A DNA stretch of 53,946 bases, filler included, from Basidiobolus ranarum (GCA_040143965.1; 2 parts of 2 records of this genome joined end to end with filler, not necessarily neighbours in it); one strand, 5' to 3'. Shown: positions 26,603 through 40,628, numbered from the whole stretch's first letter. The notes: a model not told the origin generated them from the letters alone. Translations and numbers: made by a program.

Positions 26603-26927
26603 GTTTGATCAGACTACTGATACTTGCCTATAGACTTCTCTCCATCCCTGTTCTCCAACCTTGAAACCCCCCAAGATTCACTTCCCTCTTATTCCCCATC
26701 TTTCCCAAGCTTCCCTGCTAAGGCAAAGGTGCCTTCCACCTTTGGATAATTGCTCTTAGTGCATCCTTATCAAGACACTACTGGTTGAGTTCACAGTTGT
26801 TTTTGATCAAAGAAGATTTAGTACTTGATCAAGATCAAAGGACATTGATACCAGCAAATTCTTTTGTCAAGGTGCCAATCATTTCTTCAACAGAAAGTTG
26901 GACATTGCATTGTGATTATCATTCCTA

Positions 26928-27027
26928 NNNNNNNNNNNNNNNNNNNNNNNNNNNNNNNNNNNNNNNNNNNNTTAATTAATTAANNNNNNNNNNNNNNNNN
27001 NNNNNNNNNNNNNNNNNNNNNNNNNNN
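26928..27027. other. Assembly gap with artificial six-frame stop linker
   Basis: 44 N + TTAATTAATTAA + 44 N = exactly 100 nt. Confidence 0.97.
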
Positions 27028-27531
27028 CGTGCTTCTCGTCCTTCCCGTCCCGACAAGGCTCGTCGTTTGGGTTACAAGGCCAAGCAAGGTTACGTTATCT
27101 ACCGTATCCGTGTTCGTCGTGGTAACCGCAAGAGACCTGTTTCCAAGGGTGCTCAATTCGGTAAGCCCGTCAACCAAGGTATTAACCACTTGAAATACCA
27201 ACGCTCCCTCCGTGCCACTGCCGAAGAGCGTGTCGGTCGCAAGTGTGCCAATCTTCGTGTCTTGAACTCATACTGGGTTAACCAAGATTCTACCTACAAG
27301 TACTTCGAAATCATCCTTGTTGATCCTTCCCACAAGGCTATTCGTCGTGATGCTCGCATCAACTGGATCTGCAACCCTGTTCACAAGCGTCGTGAAGCTC
27401 GCGGTCTTACTGCTATCGGTAAGAAGAACAGAGGTCACGGTAAGGGTCATGCCTTCAACAAGACCATTGGTTCCGGTAGACGCAACAACTGGATTAAGAG
27501 AAACACTTTGTCTCTCAGACGTTACCGTTAA
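27028..27531 (+). CDS. RPL15: 60S ribosomal protein L15 (eL15), 5' end lost in the gap
   Basis: [21 protein letters not shown]...[19 protein letters not shown]...LSLRRYR. Confidence 0.97.
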   Translation, partial: RASRPSRPDKARRLGYKAKQGYVIYRIRVRRGNRKRPVSKGAQFGKPVNQGINHLKYQRSLRATAEERVGRKCANLRVLNSYWVNQDSTYKYFEIILVDPSHKAIRRDARINWICNPVHKRREARGLTAIGKKNRGHGKGHAFNKTIGSGRRNNWIKRNTLSLRRYR

Positions 27532-28141
27532 ATTTCATAACGATCTTTGTCTTAATAAATCAATGGGAAATCCATTTTATCACCAATTCATCTTAAGCTA
27601 TGGTTATTATTAGTAACACCTGAGAACTAACATATTCTAACGATAAGGAGGTAACAACAACTTCGGATATTATCCTTTGGTCGATGTTGTTGAGTTGAAG
27701 GCACATACGTTGCAAACTAACCATTAGAATGTTCTATTATTAACCAATCATAGGATGAACTTAGCATGCTTTGGTCATGACAATCAATCCTAATATAACA
27801 TACATTAGTATAATACGTTTCTTACGTATTATTTGTAATAAAAAAGATTTATTACATAAAAGCTGTGGTCATACAATGTCTTCTTAGCCCTAACTCTTCA
27901 TGATGGATCTACCATAACTGATAACCGAATGGCAAAGTGCGAAGTAATTGAAATAACTATTTATTGTAATGGATAAACAGAACTCACAAGAGAGATGAAG
28001 AAAATATTCAAACTATATACTATATATTAGTAGATGCAGAACAATCAAAAATGATAGTGACGTATGGTTGATAAATTGGATGATGATGCTGATGATGGAA
28101 AAAGAATGGGTTGTGTTTTGTGTTCGAGAAATGTAACAAGA

Positions 28142-28849
28142 TTAGTCTCTATCTTGGACAACGCCAACTTGGGCGGCGCGCAAGACTCTGCCATGGAGTA
28201 TATAACCAACTTTCTCTACGGAGATAATAGTACCGGGCTCTTTATCAGGCATAGGGACTTGGTACAAAGCTTGGTGAACATTAGGATCAAACTTTTGACC
28301 GTCAGGTTTATCTTGAACAACACCATGACGACCCAAAGCCTTGACTAATTCAGTTTCAGTCATAGAGACACCAGTGTAAAGATTATCAAGGTCTTTGTTG
28401 TCACTACGAGTATCCTTAGGGACAGCCTTTAATGCCATATTGAGAATATCGACTGTATCAAGTAAGTCCTTGGCAAATTTGGTAATAGCATATTGTGAAG
28501 CTTGCTCAATTTCTTTACGAGTACGGTTGCGCACATTTTCCATTTCAGCGAGACAACGAAGGTAGGCATCCTACAAACACGAAATATATCAGTAACAATA
28601 ATAGGACAGAGTATTTACGACTGTGTTTACCTTAATCTCAGCAATTTTCTTGTCTTTGTCTTCTTCTTGGTTTACTTCCTCGCTTTTGACTTCTTCAGAA
28701 GCAACCTTTTCGCTACCCTCTTCCTCCTTCTTATCAGAATAGAAACGGATACTGTTTCCAAAGACAGAGCCAGTCTTTGGGGAAACTTTGAGGGCAGAAA
28801 GAATGCCGAAGTTGGATTTGACAATAGATGCGACGCGTAGAGAAGACAT
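28142..28849 (-). CDS. MGE1: Mitochondrial GrpE nucleotide exchange factor (2 exons)
   Basis: Presequence MSSLRVASIVKS; AEMENVRNRT, FDPNVHQA and KVGYILHGRVLRAAQVGV. Confidence 0.95.
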
Positions 28850-29664
28850 GTTTATGGACAAGGGTTAATAGACTCTAGTTCAAAATTTTAGTTCAAATAG
28901 ACAAAATCCTTTAATCACTTGCGCCGTGTAGAGTAAAATTTTCAGCACATCTTAGCAACCTTTAATATCCATATTATCATTGGCTCAACACACAAGTTCT
29001 GACAAGATTCGCTTTCTAAATCAGATCAATTACTGTAAATCAAGAATTAAATCTCCACCCTAGATTCCCATTTAAAGCCAATGAACTAGTTACAACACGC
29101 AACATGCATATTCATGTTTCAATCGTCAACTTGATTTAATCTCAGTAAATAAGCAAATCAAATAGGCACTTTCCCCGCTATAGTCACCAGCCCAAATCAA
29201 GTTACTCCGGCCAGTTTCACATTTGCTTTGAATGCACAGATCTCAATGCTTCCAGCCTCAACAATTTCTTTTTTGGTGGACGATTGTAATCAAGTTAAGC
29301 TACCTAAATGGAGTAAAATAGAAAGACTCCATCTGATTTGGAAATATTCATCCGTACTAGTTTCCAAAATATCTGGGGAAACAAATAAATTCTTTTCTGC
29401 CTTTCACGTACTACATTCTTTGTATTTTCCGAAATTCATTCTGGAGTCGAGGTAGGAAATATATTCATTTATGCGATGATCTTCATACTCTACACAATAC
29501 TAAAAATCCAATTTTGCTCGGGTTGAGGTTTGGTAAAAATTTGGCCGTAACTTTGTTAAATACCTCGGGTGAATTAGTTGCTAGCTCTTTATTCTCGTTT
29601 CCTTGGTTGGTCTCAGTAGGGTAGGAAGAAACTGCCCAAGAAGTGTTGCCTTATTATTATCACC

Positions 29665-31100
29665 ATGTTCAGAACTTTAGCGAGAGCCACTTTAAGAAGG
29701 TAAATTCTTACGTTGTTATTATTGTTTGGATGAATAAATACTTACTTTCCTTTAAAGTGTCAAGCCTGCTCCGTATATAGAACATGCTATTGTTCGTAAC
29801 GTCAGCAACGTAGCCGGAAAACCTCTTAGAAACTTTAAAACGAATTTCCTACTGGGAACTGCTTTGTTCAGTTTTGCCGCGGGTGCTGGCTACTATGCAT
29901 CTCAGGTATTTATCTCTTTTTTAACCAAAGATCCTGTTTTGAATGGTAAAAACTAATTTGAATTGAATCTTCAGTCCAAAGTTAAAGTCTCCTGCGAAGC
30001 GCAGACTGAAGCTAGCCAGTATATGAAAAAGGTCGAAGAGATGGAGAAGAACAAGGTTAGTTAACCAGAAATCTTTACTTTACTCAATCTTATCATCATT
30101 TATTAACATGATTGTTCTTTTAAACTTTCAGAGATACGAAGTCCTACTCCCATCCGATGCTAAACCTACATCTATGAGCCAGCGAATGGATCATTATGTG
30201 AAGAAACTTCAATATGAAATTGTAAGCACACTGGCTGCTATAGACGGAAAAGACTTTGTGATCAGCCAATATCAACGCCCAGGTGGTGGTGAAGGTGCCG
30301 TATGCGTGCTTCAGGGTGGTAATGTCTTTGAAAAAGCTGGTGTTAACGTCTCTGTGATGTCCAATAAGCTTCCTAAAGCAGCCGTCAAACAGATGCGTGA
30401 AAAGCCTATGGAACTCCATGGAGATGGACCATATCCATTCTTCGTAGCTAGTATATCGTTGGTTCTACATCCACATAACCCTATGGTACCCACTGTTCAC
30501 TTGAATTATCGGTATTTTGAAATCCAAGATGAAGATGGCAAACCACAGGCATGGTGGTTTGGTGGAGGCTCTGATCTTACACCAAGTTACCTGTTTGAAG
30601 AAGATGCAGTCCATTTCCATTCTACACTAAAGCAGGCCTGCCAAAACCATGACCCCGAATTTTATCCAGAGTTCAAAAAGTGGTGTGACCGGTACTTCTA
30701 TCTCCCACATCGTAGTGAGGCTCGTGGAATTGGTGGGATTTTCTTTGATGATTTAGACACTCATCATCCGGAGCAGATCTTCCAATTCATTCAGGAATGT
30801 GGTGACGCTTTTCTTCCATCGTATGTCCCCATTGTATTGAAACGCAAAGATCATTCCTTCACAGAGCAAGAAAAAGAATGGCAGCAGATTAGACGCGGTC
30901 GTTATGTGGAATTCAATCTGGTGCATGATCGTGGTACTAAATTTGGTCTTCGTGGACCAGGCCCAAAGATTGAAAATATTCTCATGTCACTACCCTTAAC
31001 TGCTCGTTGGGAGTACTGTCATTCCCCCGAAGTAGGGAGCGAGGAAGAGAAGCTGTTGGAAGTCATCAATCAACCAAGAGATTGGGTTCCGTTGAACTGA
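29665..31100 (+). CDS. HEM13: Oxygen-dependent coproporphyrinogen III oxidase with N-terminal targeting extension (4 exons)
   Basis: FEKAGVNVS, HPHNPMVPTVHLNYRYF, WWFGGGSDLTP, RGIGGIFFDDL and RRGRYVEFNL; three small upstream exons splice in frame. Confidence 0.93.
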
Positions 31101-31368
31101 GCATCGCTGACATAGAAAGTTCATAATAATTCATGTAAATATCACCACTGCTTCAAAGATGAAACAGGTGGAATTCAGTACGTTAGTAATCAATAAACAC
31201 GCGTGTATATATACCGCATACTTCAAATATCATGCTCTACATTTTACTCCTTTTTTATTATCTTTGAAAAAAGTAGGATGGAAAGAGAAACAATACGAAA
31301 CATAATTTCTATGGTGGTTTAGTGAGATCGTGGTAAGAAACACAAAGGAAAAAAAATAGTACAGTAGT

Positions 31369-32754
31369 TTAAAGGAATTCTCTCTTTCTGGCAGTTCTTT
31401 GATATGGTCGAAGCACCCATTCCTTGTCGGCATCTGAAAGATCCGCTGTACCAAGACGGATTTCGTATACTAAAGAAAGATTCGTTTAATAAATATCAAG
31501 TCAAAACACCACGTGGATATACTTACGTCGCATTTCAAATCTTGGTCCCACTTCAGCTAATTGAACTTCCTTGTGACTCGTCTTGTAGAAAACATGATGT
31601 CTAGATAAAGTGGTTTTAATAGGAGTACTCTCGATTCCACATAAGTGATATGTTTCTACCTGAAGGAGATATAATCTTGTTCGTTTGAGAAGGTCATGAC
31701 ACGCTTGCTGTCTTCTTTAGGAACTGGGAATAAGTATTTCAGAACACTCATAACCTGATTACAAGTGAGATGATTTAGTGTTGGTTGCAACTTCGCTCAT
31801 GTACAATACCACATACTCTTTTGCCGAGATTGGAATTGAAATTGTTGAAGATAAGGTGAGGGAAAGCTTCCGATACGGTTCCTTGATCCTTAAGATCGTG
31901 TCTTAATACAGTGTTATATAAGGTGAAGTAAGCGGTGGGGCCATAGGGGAAATGACAAACAATCATGCCATCTAAATAAAGAAGATGCGAATTAGCCCCA
32001 AGGTCTCCAATAATAGCATTCTATTTAACAACTAACCAGGTTCACCACGATGTTCGTGAAGAATAATCAAATCAGTAACCTCATTGGCTTTGCAAGCCTC
32101 GACAACCTCATTCATAACATAATTACCACGATTAATACGTTGGGAATTGGGGAAGACGAGTCTCATTTCCTGCAATAGTTTGGTTAGTTTCTTACATCAG
32201 TATATGGATTGTTTGTGTATATCTCTACCTTGGCAAATTGTTGAAGTCTGCTACTAGGATCGCGAGAAGTTGTGATCATGATCTTGGGATCTTGAACACC
32301 AGCTCTGGCATATTCATCATCCACATGGGTTGTAGGCTCTATATGAAATTCAAATTGTTAACACTTATTTTCAACGAAATGGTGAGGGAAATTATAAGAA
32401 CCAGCTTGAGCTTCGTCATATTGAAGATCCTTTCTTAGACTCTCGGTTTCTTTGCGAACCTCAGTAGGTAAAGGTTTACCCCCTAACGAGAAGAAAATCA
32501 ATCAATACTTTCTACTAGGAAATATTCCTCAATTCAAATTTATACCCTCGATAGCCTCTTTAATTTGCTTCTTCTTTTCGAATACTTGGCGCTCTTTGCT
32601 CTCCAAAGACTTTCTATACAAATATTCACGACGAAGTCTGGTTTGTCTACGAATCTGAGAGGGAAATTCGTCAAAAAGTCGAGATGATTGTTAATATCAT
32701 TGGGTTGAAAATCAAGGGAAAATCCTTGTAAGGTGTAATACTACTCTTTACCAT
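31369..32754 (-). CDS. IMP4: U3 snoRNP protein Imp4 (Brix domain), multi-exon
   Basis: MIRRQTRLRREYLYRKS, PKIMITTSRDPS, HEHRGEP, CHFPYGPTAYF and EVGPRFEM. Confidence 0.95.
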
Positions 32755-32912
32755 TTTAGAAAGGGTTCTCTATGTACTGTAGGGGAAAGGGAACTGTTCT
32801 ATAACTTGCGTGAACAATATCAGGAGAATAAGAGATATTTTCTAAATAAGATATTCTCAATTACCAGTCTCAAGGAGTTTTTTTTTCTTTTCTCCATTAA
32901 AGATTAAATTAG

Positions 32913-33086
32913 TGAAAAATTCGGAATTGTCATTCAACATTCAATAGATTTAGCACTGGTTAACTAGATTTGGTAAAAAAAAAATAGTAAGATACTTTTT
33001 TTTTTATTAGATAATTTGTCGAAAGTTGACTTAAGGCTATTCATAAGGTAGAAATAGTGTGTGGCAAGTATTAACGCAAATTTTCA
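32913..33086. promoter_or_regulatory. Two RRPE-like motifs in the IMP4/C9orf85 divergent promoter
   Basis: TGAAAAATTC at 32913 and AAATTTTCA at 33078; the region is AT-rich, so chance occurrence is possible. Confidence 0.4.
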
Positions 33087-33097
33087 CTACTCTTACC

Positions 33098-33781
33098 ATG
33101 TCTGAATCCAAGCGCGCTTCCACTAGAGGTTCGGGTGCTAAAAAAGGCGCTCAAAAATATCAGAATACTACTGCTTATAGACACAATAAAAACTCCAAGA
33201 AAACTCGTGAAATCAACGCTTTACCCATTTCTGGTTTATGTCAGCGCTGTCTCGACGTACTTGAGTGGAGAAAGAGATTCAGAAAATATAAACCTTTGAC
33301 CACCGCCAAAAAATGGTACTTGACTTAGATATTCTGTATATTTGGAGTTTTTCTAACCTTACAATTTCACATAGTGTTTGTTGCCAGCAAAAAGCCATCA
33401 AAGAGGCATATCATGTACTTTGTAACAAGTGTGCTACTGAAAAGAAGGTCTGCGCAAAATGTCAAGAAAGCAAGCAAATCGTCCCTAGGTATTACGAATC
33501 TCATATCGGACGTCTTGGTACAATTTCTAACTTATTTTATCACTTACAGCAACTACAAGGACGAGAAGGAACTTATGGCCGAGAGATTGGAAGAGGAGCG
33601 CTTACTTTCTGGCATGTCTGAAAGAGAACGTCGTTCTTATCTGAGAAAGATGCAAAATGGCGGAGAATCAGATGATGAGTCTAGCGACGGGCAACAAAGT
33701 GCTGGTGAAGAAGAAGAGGAGGAGGAAGATGATGAGGAGGAAGAAGAAGAAGACGAGGAGGAAGATAAAGTCGCCATTTAG
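33098..33781 (+). CDS. C9orf85/DUF2039-like zinc-binding protein with acidic tail (3 exons)
   Basis: QKYQNTTAYRHNK, GLCQRCLDVLEWRKRFRKYKPLT and AYHVLCNKCA...VCAKC; poly-Glu tail. Confidence 0.82.
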
Positions 33782-34302
33782 ATAAGCTAATGTGTATATA
33801 TATGGCAGTAGTTTAAGTAACTTAATAAATTCTTTACCAAACACACTCTATTCGTATCTTGATTGATTTCTCGAATCTTTATCAATAAACCCTTTTGACT
33901 ACATAATGTAAAGCCAAGAAAACGAGCTGGTTAGTTACGTTCACTATTAGGGTATTTCATTTTAGCATACACACCTTAAAATATCAGCACCCAAAGCTAT
34001 TAAATCTACACTGCTGATGAGTATTTCTTCCTGCTGGATTAGTCAGCATTGGAATTTCTAGTGATTTGAATGCTTCACTAATGTTTCTTGCTCTCACGTA
34101 ACAATAATGGAATTTCTTACGATGTTAAGGATCTATGTATTTGTCATCCAAAGTACCCACTCTAGTCTGCGGCAACCTTTATAGGTTTACCTATAAAAGA
34201 AGGCACGAATCCGATATTTCCAATGTATCTGGTGAATTCTGAATATCAAGAACAGCCTCACTGCATTAAATAACCTTCAATTACACTTCGATTAAATTCA
34301 AG

Positions 34303-34950
34303 ATGGGTCGTCGTCCTGCTCGTTGTTATCGCTATTGCAAGAATAAGCCATATCCCAAATCTCGCTTCTGCCGCGGTGTCCCTGACCCTAAGATCAGAAT
34401 TTTTGACTTGGGACGCAAGAAAGCTGGTGTAGATGAGTTTCCTCTATGTGTACACTTGATTTCCGGTGAATATGAACAGTTATCGAGTGAAGCCCTTGAA
34501 GCTGCTCGTATCTGCGCTAATAAGTATATGACCAAGATTTCAGGCAAAGATTCGTTCCATTTACGTGTTCGCGTCCACCCATTCCACGTCGTTCGTATCA
34601 ATAAGATGTTGTCTTGTGCTGGTGCTGATAGACTACAAACTGGTATGCGTGGTGCATTCGGTAAACCACAGGGTACTGTAGCTCGAGTCAATATCGGACA
34701 AATTATCTTCTCCATTCGTACCAAAGATTCCAACAAAAATGTTGTCATCGAAGCACTTCGTCGTGCTAAGTACAAGTTCCCTGGTCGTCAAAAGATTATC
34801 ATATCCAAGAAATGGGGTTTCACCAAACTAACCCGTGAAGAGTATCTTACTGAACGTCAAGCCGGTCGTCTTTTCCCTGATGGTAGCCATGTCAAGTACC
34901 TTTCAAACCATGGTCCTCTCAAGGATTATTTCAAAAGAATCGCTGCTTGA
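34303..34950 (+). CDS. RPL10: 60S ribosomal protein L10 (uL16), intronless CDS
   Basis: [11 protein letters not shown]...[16 protein letters not shown]. Confidence 0.98.
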   Translation: MGRRPARCYRYCKNKPYPKSRFCRGVPDPKIRIFDLGRKKAGVDEFPLCVHLISGEYEQLSSEALEAARICANKYMTKISGKDSFHLRVRVHPFHVVRINKMLSCAGADRLQTGMRGAFGKPQGTVARVNIGQIIFSIRTKDSNKNVVIEALRRAKYKFPGRQKIIISKKWGFTKLTREEYLTERQAGRLFPDGSHVKYLSNHGPLKDYFKRIAA

Positions 34951-35120
34951 TCATCTCTTTCTCCGTGTATTTACTTTCACAATCTAACCCATTGGGGAAT
35001 TAGGAAAGTAGCTATATCACTGATATCACGCTGGTTAACCAGGCAACAGGTCGACGTTTCCCTCATACTTGGTAGATCTGTGATAAATTAAAGAGCAAAT
35101 GGATCATGAAAGTTAAGTTG

Positions 35121-35176
35121 CTAAATAAATGCACTTGATACTAATTAAGTACACTTGAAACTAAATAAATGCACTT
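35121..35176. repeat. Degenerate 20-bp tandem repeat x2.8
   Basis: CTAAATAAATGCACTTGATA / CTAATTAAGTACACTTGAAA / CTAAATAAATGCACTT. Confidence 0.8.
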
Positions 35177-35647
35177 TAACTTATTGGGATTTATATATAT
35201 ATATACTTATATTATTTACATTGAGTGGCCAGATCACCTGTCAGCAAGATCAGTGATACCGGATTTCCTCACTTGTTTAAAATCAATCAAATTGCTTGAA
35301 ATCAGGCTTAAAGGCAGAAAAGATAGTTTAAAAAGCAGTCATAAAGCAAATCCCATTGAAAATGATTTCGTGATTTCTTAATCAATTCGAAAATGGTCTA
35401 ATAGTTTATTCACGTTTTGACTTCACTCTCATCCTCCCATATTATCACTTCCATCCATTTCAATAACAAGAGTTTCTGTCGTTTTACGATAGAATAGAAT
35501 ATTCATTGTGGAATTTTAGAAAAGCTTTACATGCTTTATTCATTGAAGACTATTGTAAAGAATTAATTGTGGACCCAACTAGAGTTTAGTGGTAATTTTC
35601 AGTAGAGAATATCTCCAAAAATTTACCAACATAAAGCCCAACAACAA

Positions 35648-37080
35648 ATGTCGGAACGTATCTTCATCAAGCTACCTTTATCTGCGTTCAAGAATTTACC
35701 CTCGGAAACTGAACCAAAGGAGGCTTTGAGTCCTAATAGTCTGTCTGATATGGCTGAATCTTCGACACCGTTCGTATTTGCAATATTTTTTATTTATTCG
35801 AAAGGCGCAATACTTAAATTATTTCGTTGGTTTTGATAGACCAAAGAGACGTAGGGGTAGACCCCTCGGTAAACGTGCTTCCCCTCTGACTCCTCTGAGT
35901 ATTAGGTATTTTAAAAAAAGGTATATTTAGTATTTATATATATTAAACTCCATATCGGCATAGTCCCACTAGTAAGCGTGGAGCAGCGGTTGCGGCTAGA
36001 GAGAAGCTTACGAGTTCTAATAAGAAGGCGAAAGAAACCGTAAGTATTTATTGAAGCGATTGTTTTGTTATGGACATGGAATAATTTGTCATTAATTTGT
36101 AGAAGGGTAGAAAAAGTAAAACTGGAGCTAATTCTAGATCACCTAGAGGAACCTCGAAAAATTCCCCTAATTGTAAGTCGAAATTTGCACTGAGGCACAC
36201 ATGAACAAAAATACTAAAGCCATTCAACTTCAGCTTCTAACGAAAGACCTTCTCAAACATGCTTCATATGTGAAGCTCCGCTCACCGGAGATATAATGGA
36301 AATTACCCAGCATATTGATCAATGTCTAGGTACACATGAGGAACTCAGTAACTCTCCAGACGCATCTACACCTGTTAGTACACAAGACCTGCATTGTCTT
36401 TCAAAAGTTTCGTATATTAATCGAGTTTTCCTCAGAGCTCCGTCGATTCAACACAATTCGTCGAGTATGAATGGGCCGGCCAAAGTCGAGTTCGTGCCAC
36501 GTCTTTACTTGAAGCAGGGTTTGCCGGTACTGGTTTTGTGCCTTGTCAAAAGGAACAAGATGTGGAGGATGATTTGGATATTGATCAAGTAGAAGCAGAA
36601 ATGTACGGTCAATCACAATTCTCCGACAGAGATATATTGATTCTGAAAGATCGGGGCGATGAGGAAGGGCTACAGTATGAGAATGACACCTGTCCCGTCG
36701 ATACTAGGTATATCCCATGAAGTTAAGCAAGTGTTTCTGAGCAATGTTAATAACCATATCTATACAGTAGTGTCCAGGTTCACCAACCTCTTCATCCGTC
36801 CGTCCCAGACGCTAGTGATGTGAATCTAGGAACGAGCGATAATGCTACCAAATTACTGATCGAGTCTCTGAAAGCTCAAGTACAGCAACAGAAGAATATA
36901 TCCGAGGCAGTTCAAAGGTGTGTGATATGCCTAGATCCATATCGGTCTCCTCTCGTCTCAGTGAGTTGTTGGCATGTGCACTGTGAAAAATGTTGGCTAC
37001 ATACCTTGGGCGCCAAAAAGCTATGTCCTCAATGTCAATGCATCACGCAGCCAACTGATCTCCGAAAGATCTATTTGTAA
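35648..37080 (+). CDS. RNF220: RNF220-like RING E3 ubiquitin ligase (multi-exon)
   Basis: CFIC...HIDQCL finger, EYEWAGQSRVRAT, YGQSQF and the C-terminal RING CWHVHCEKCWLHTLGAKKLCPQC...DLRKIYL characteristic of RNF220. Confidence 0.85.
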
Positions 37081-37587
37081 ATTTGTAACTGCATTACGCT
37101 CCATCACGCTCCATCGTTGTATTCTTATATCTCAGTACAAGAAGGCCTTTTCATCAGGGATAGCATTCAAGTATTTTAAGCGTAGACATCACTCACCCAC
37201 TCGTCCAGAAACACTCCTCTCTAATGCCTGTTGTATAACCACGTCGTAATTTTATTTCTTCCCAAGTATGGCCCAATTCCTATGTATCATTATGTCTCTT
37301 TAAGCCCATTTTAGCGAATCGACCAGTATTTATGCAATGAATTTCTTTACAACCGTCCAAAATAAATGATTGTTCCACAAGATTGCTTTTATATTGATTC
37401 AGTGTGTGAGTTGAATTCCATTATTCAGTGAGTGAGTGAGTGCTGAATCTAGCAATTGGTGATCAGAGATCGAACCTTTTTTTTCATTTTCCGTTGACTG
37501 AGGTCAGGAATAAAAAATTAATCTGAAGTAGGAAACTGCCTTTCTTTCCCGTCATTGCTTGGAATTCGCTTACCTCCTTCGGAAAAG

Positions 37588-37700
37588 GTCAGTTTATAGC
37601 TATCAATGGACTCTTTACCTAGAATCCATCAACACTTCCGGCCCTCTCCTTCAATATATATCGTATAATTAACTCTCCAAATATGTTATTAGTTACCTAG
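37588..37700 (+). other. Probable 5'-UTR intron of RPS10
   Basis: AAG|GTCAGT donor and CCTAG acceptor 7 nt before the ATG. Confidence 0.55.
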
Positions 37701-37707
37701 ATTTAAC

Positions 37708-38145
37708 ATGCTCATTTCCAAACAAAACCGCAAGATTATCTATGAGAGCCTTTTCAAGGAGGGCGTCATGGTCGCCAAGAAGGATTTCAATGCCGCCAAG
37801 CATGATGAACTTGATGTTCCTAACCTTCAAGTGATCAAGGCTTTACAATCCCTCAACTCTCGTGGTTTAGTGAAGACTCAATTCTCGTGGCAACACTATT
37901 ATTATTTCCTCACTAATGAAGGTATCGAATACCTTCGTGAGTTCCTTCACCTTCCCGCTGAGATCGTTCCCGCCACCATGAAGAAGACTGCCCGTCCCGT
38001 TGGTATTCGTCCTCGTCCCGATGGTGATCGTCCATCCAGAGGTCCTCGTGGTGACCGTGAGGGTTACAGACGTAGCGATAAGAAGGAAACCGCTACTGGT
38101 GACTTCAAGCCAGAGTTCCGTGGTCGTCGTACTGAACAACAATAA
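37708..38145 (+). CDS. RPS10: 40S ribosomal protein S10 (eS10)
   Basis: [26 protein letters not shown]...[13 protein letters not shown]...[11 protein letters not shown]. Confidence 0.97.
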   Translation: MLISKQNRKIIYESLFKEGVMVAKKDFNAAKHDELDVPNLQVIKALQSLNSRGLVKTQFSWQHYYYFLTNEGIEYLREFLHLPAEIVPATMKKTARPVGIRPRPDGDRPSRGPRGDREGYRRSDKKETATGDFKPEFRGRRTEQQ

Positions 38146-38382
38146 ACTCCCTCAAATCATCCTAATTTTCATTTTTGGTGAAATTTCAATTTTTTGAGGC
38201 ATTGCAATAGAACAAGTAGCATTAAACCTCTCCTTTTATCTATCTATAAAATCATTTCCGCTTGCAACATTTCGTTCTTTTGTTTGTATGCTCATATATT
38301 ACTTCTTTCCTTTAATACTTCCCAAATGAATAAGTGAATATATATATCTAGTAATGTTTATGGGCTTTGGGTAATGCAAGTA

Positions 38383-40322
<1,940 letters not shown>

Positions 40323-40628
40323 ATATCATCAGTGGCTATCTCGTTTTAGGAAGGAAATTTTTTCGATTAAAAATGCGGGGAATACTGGAACGAACACATC
40401 GTAACATAAATCAGTAGTTAGGTTAGTTTGGATAAACATTGAATAACATCGTTTCCAAGCAATAATTTGCTACATTCCCATAAATAGCCCTTAAAACATC
40501 CGTATGAAACATCAATGCCAGTGTCATCAGTAAGGCTCATTACAAAGCATATATACAACAGACAAGTAGTTTTGTTAGGACGATGTATTTTATTGGAATA
40601 TGTATTAATAGGGGAAAACGTCCAATAT

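Noticed and set aside
26785-27201. ORFs containing X runs
   Set aside because: Artefacts of translating through the N gap and linker.
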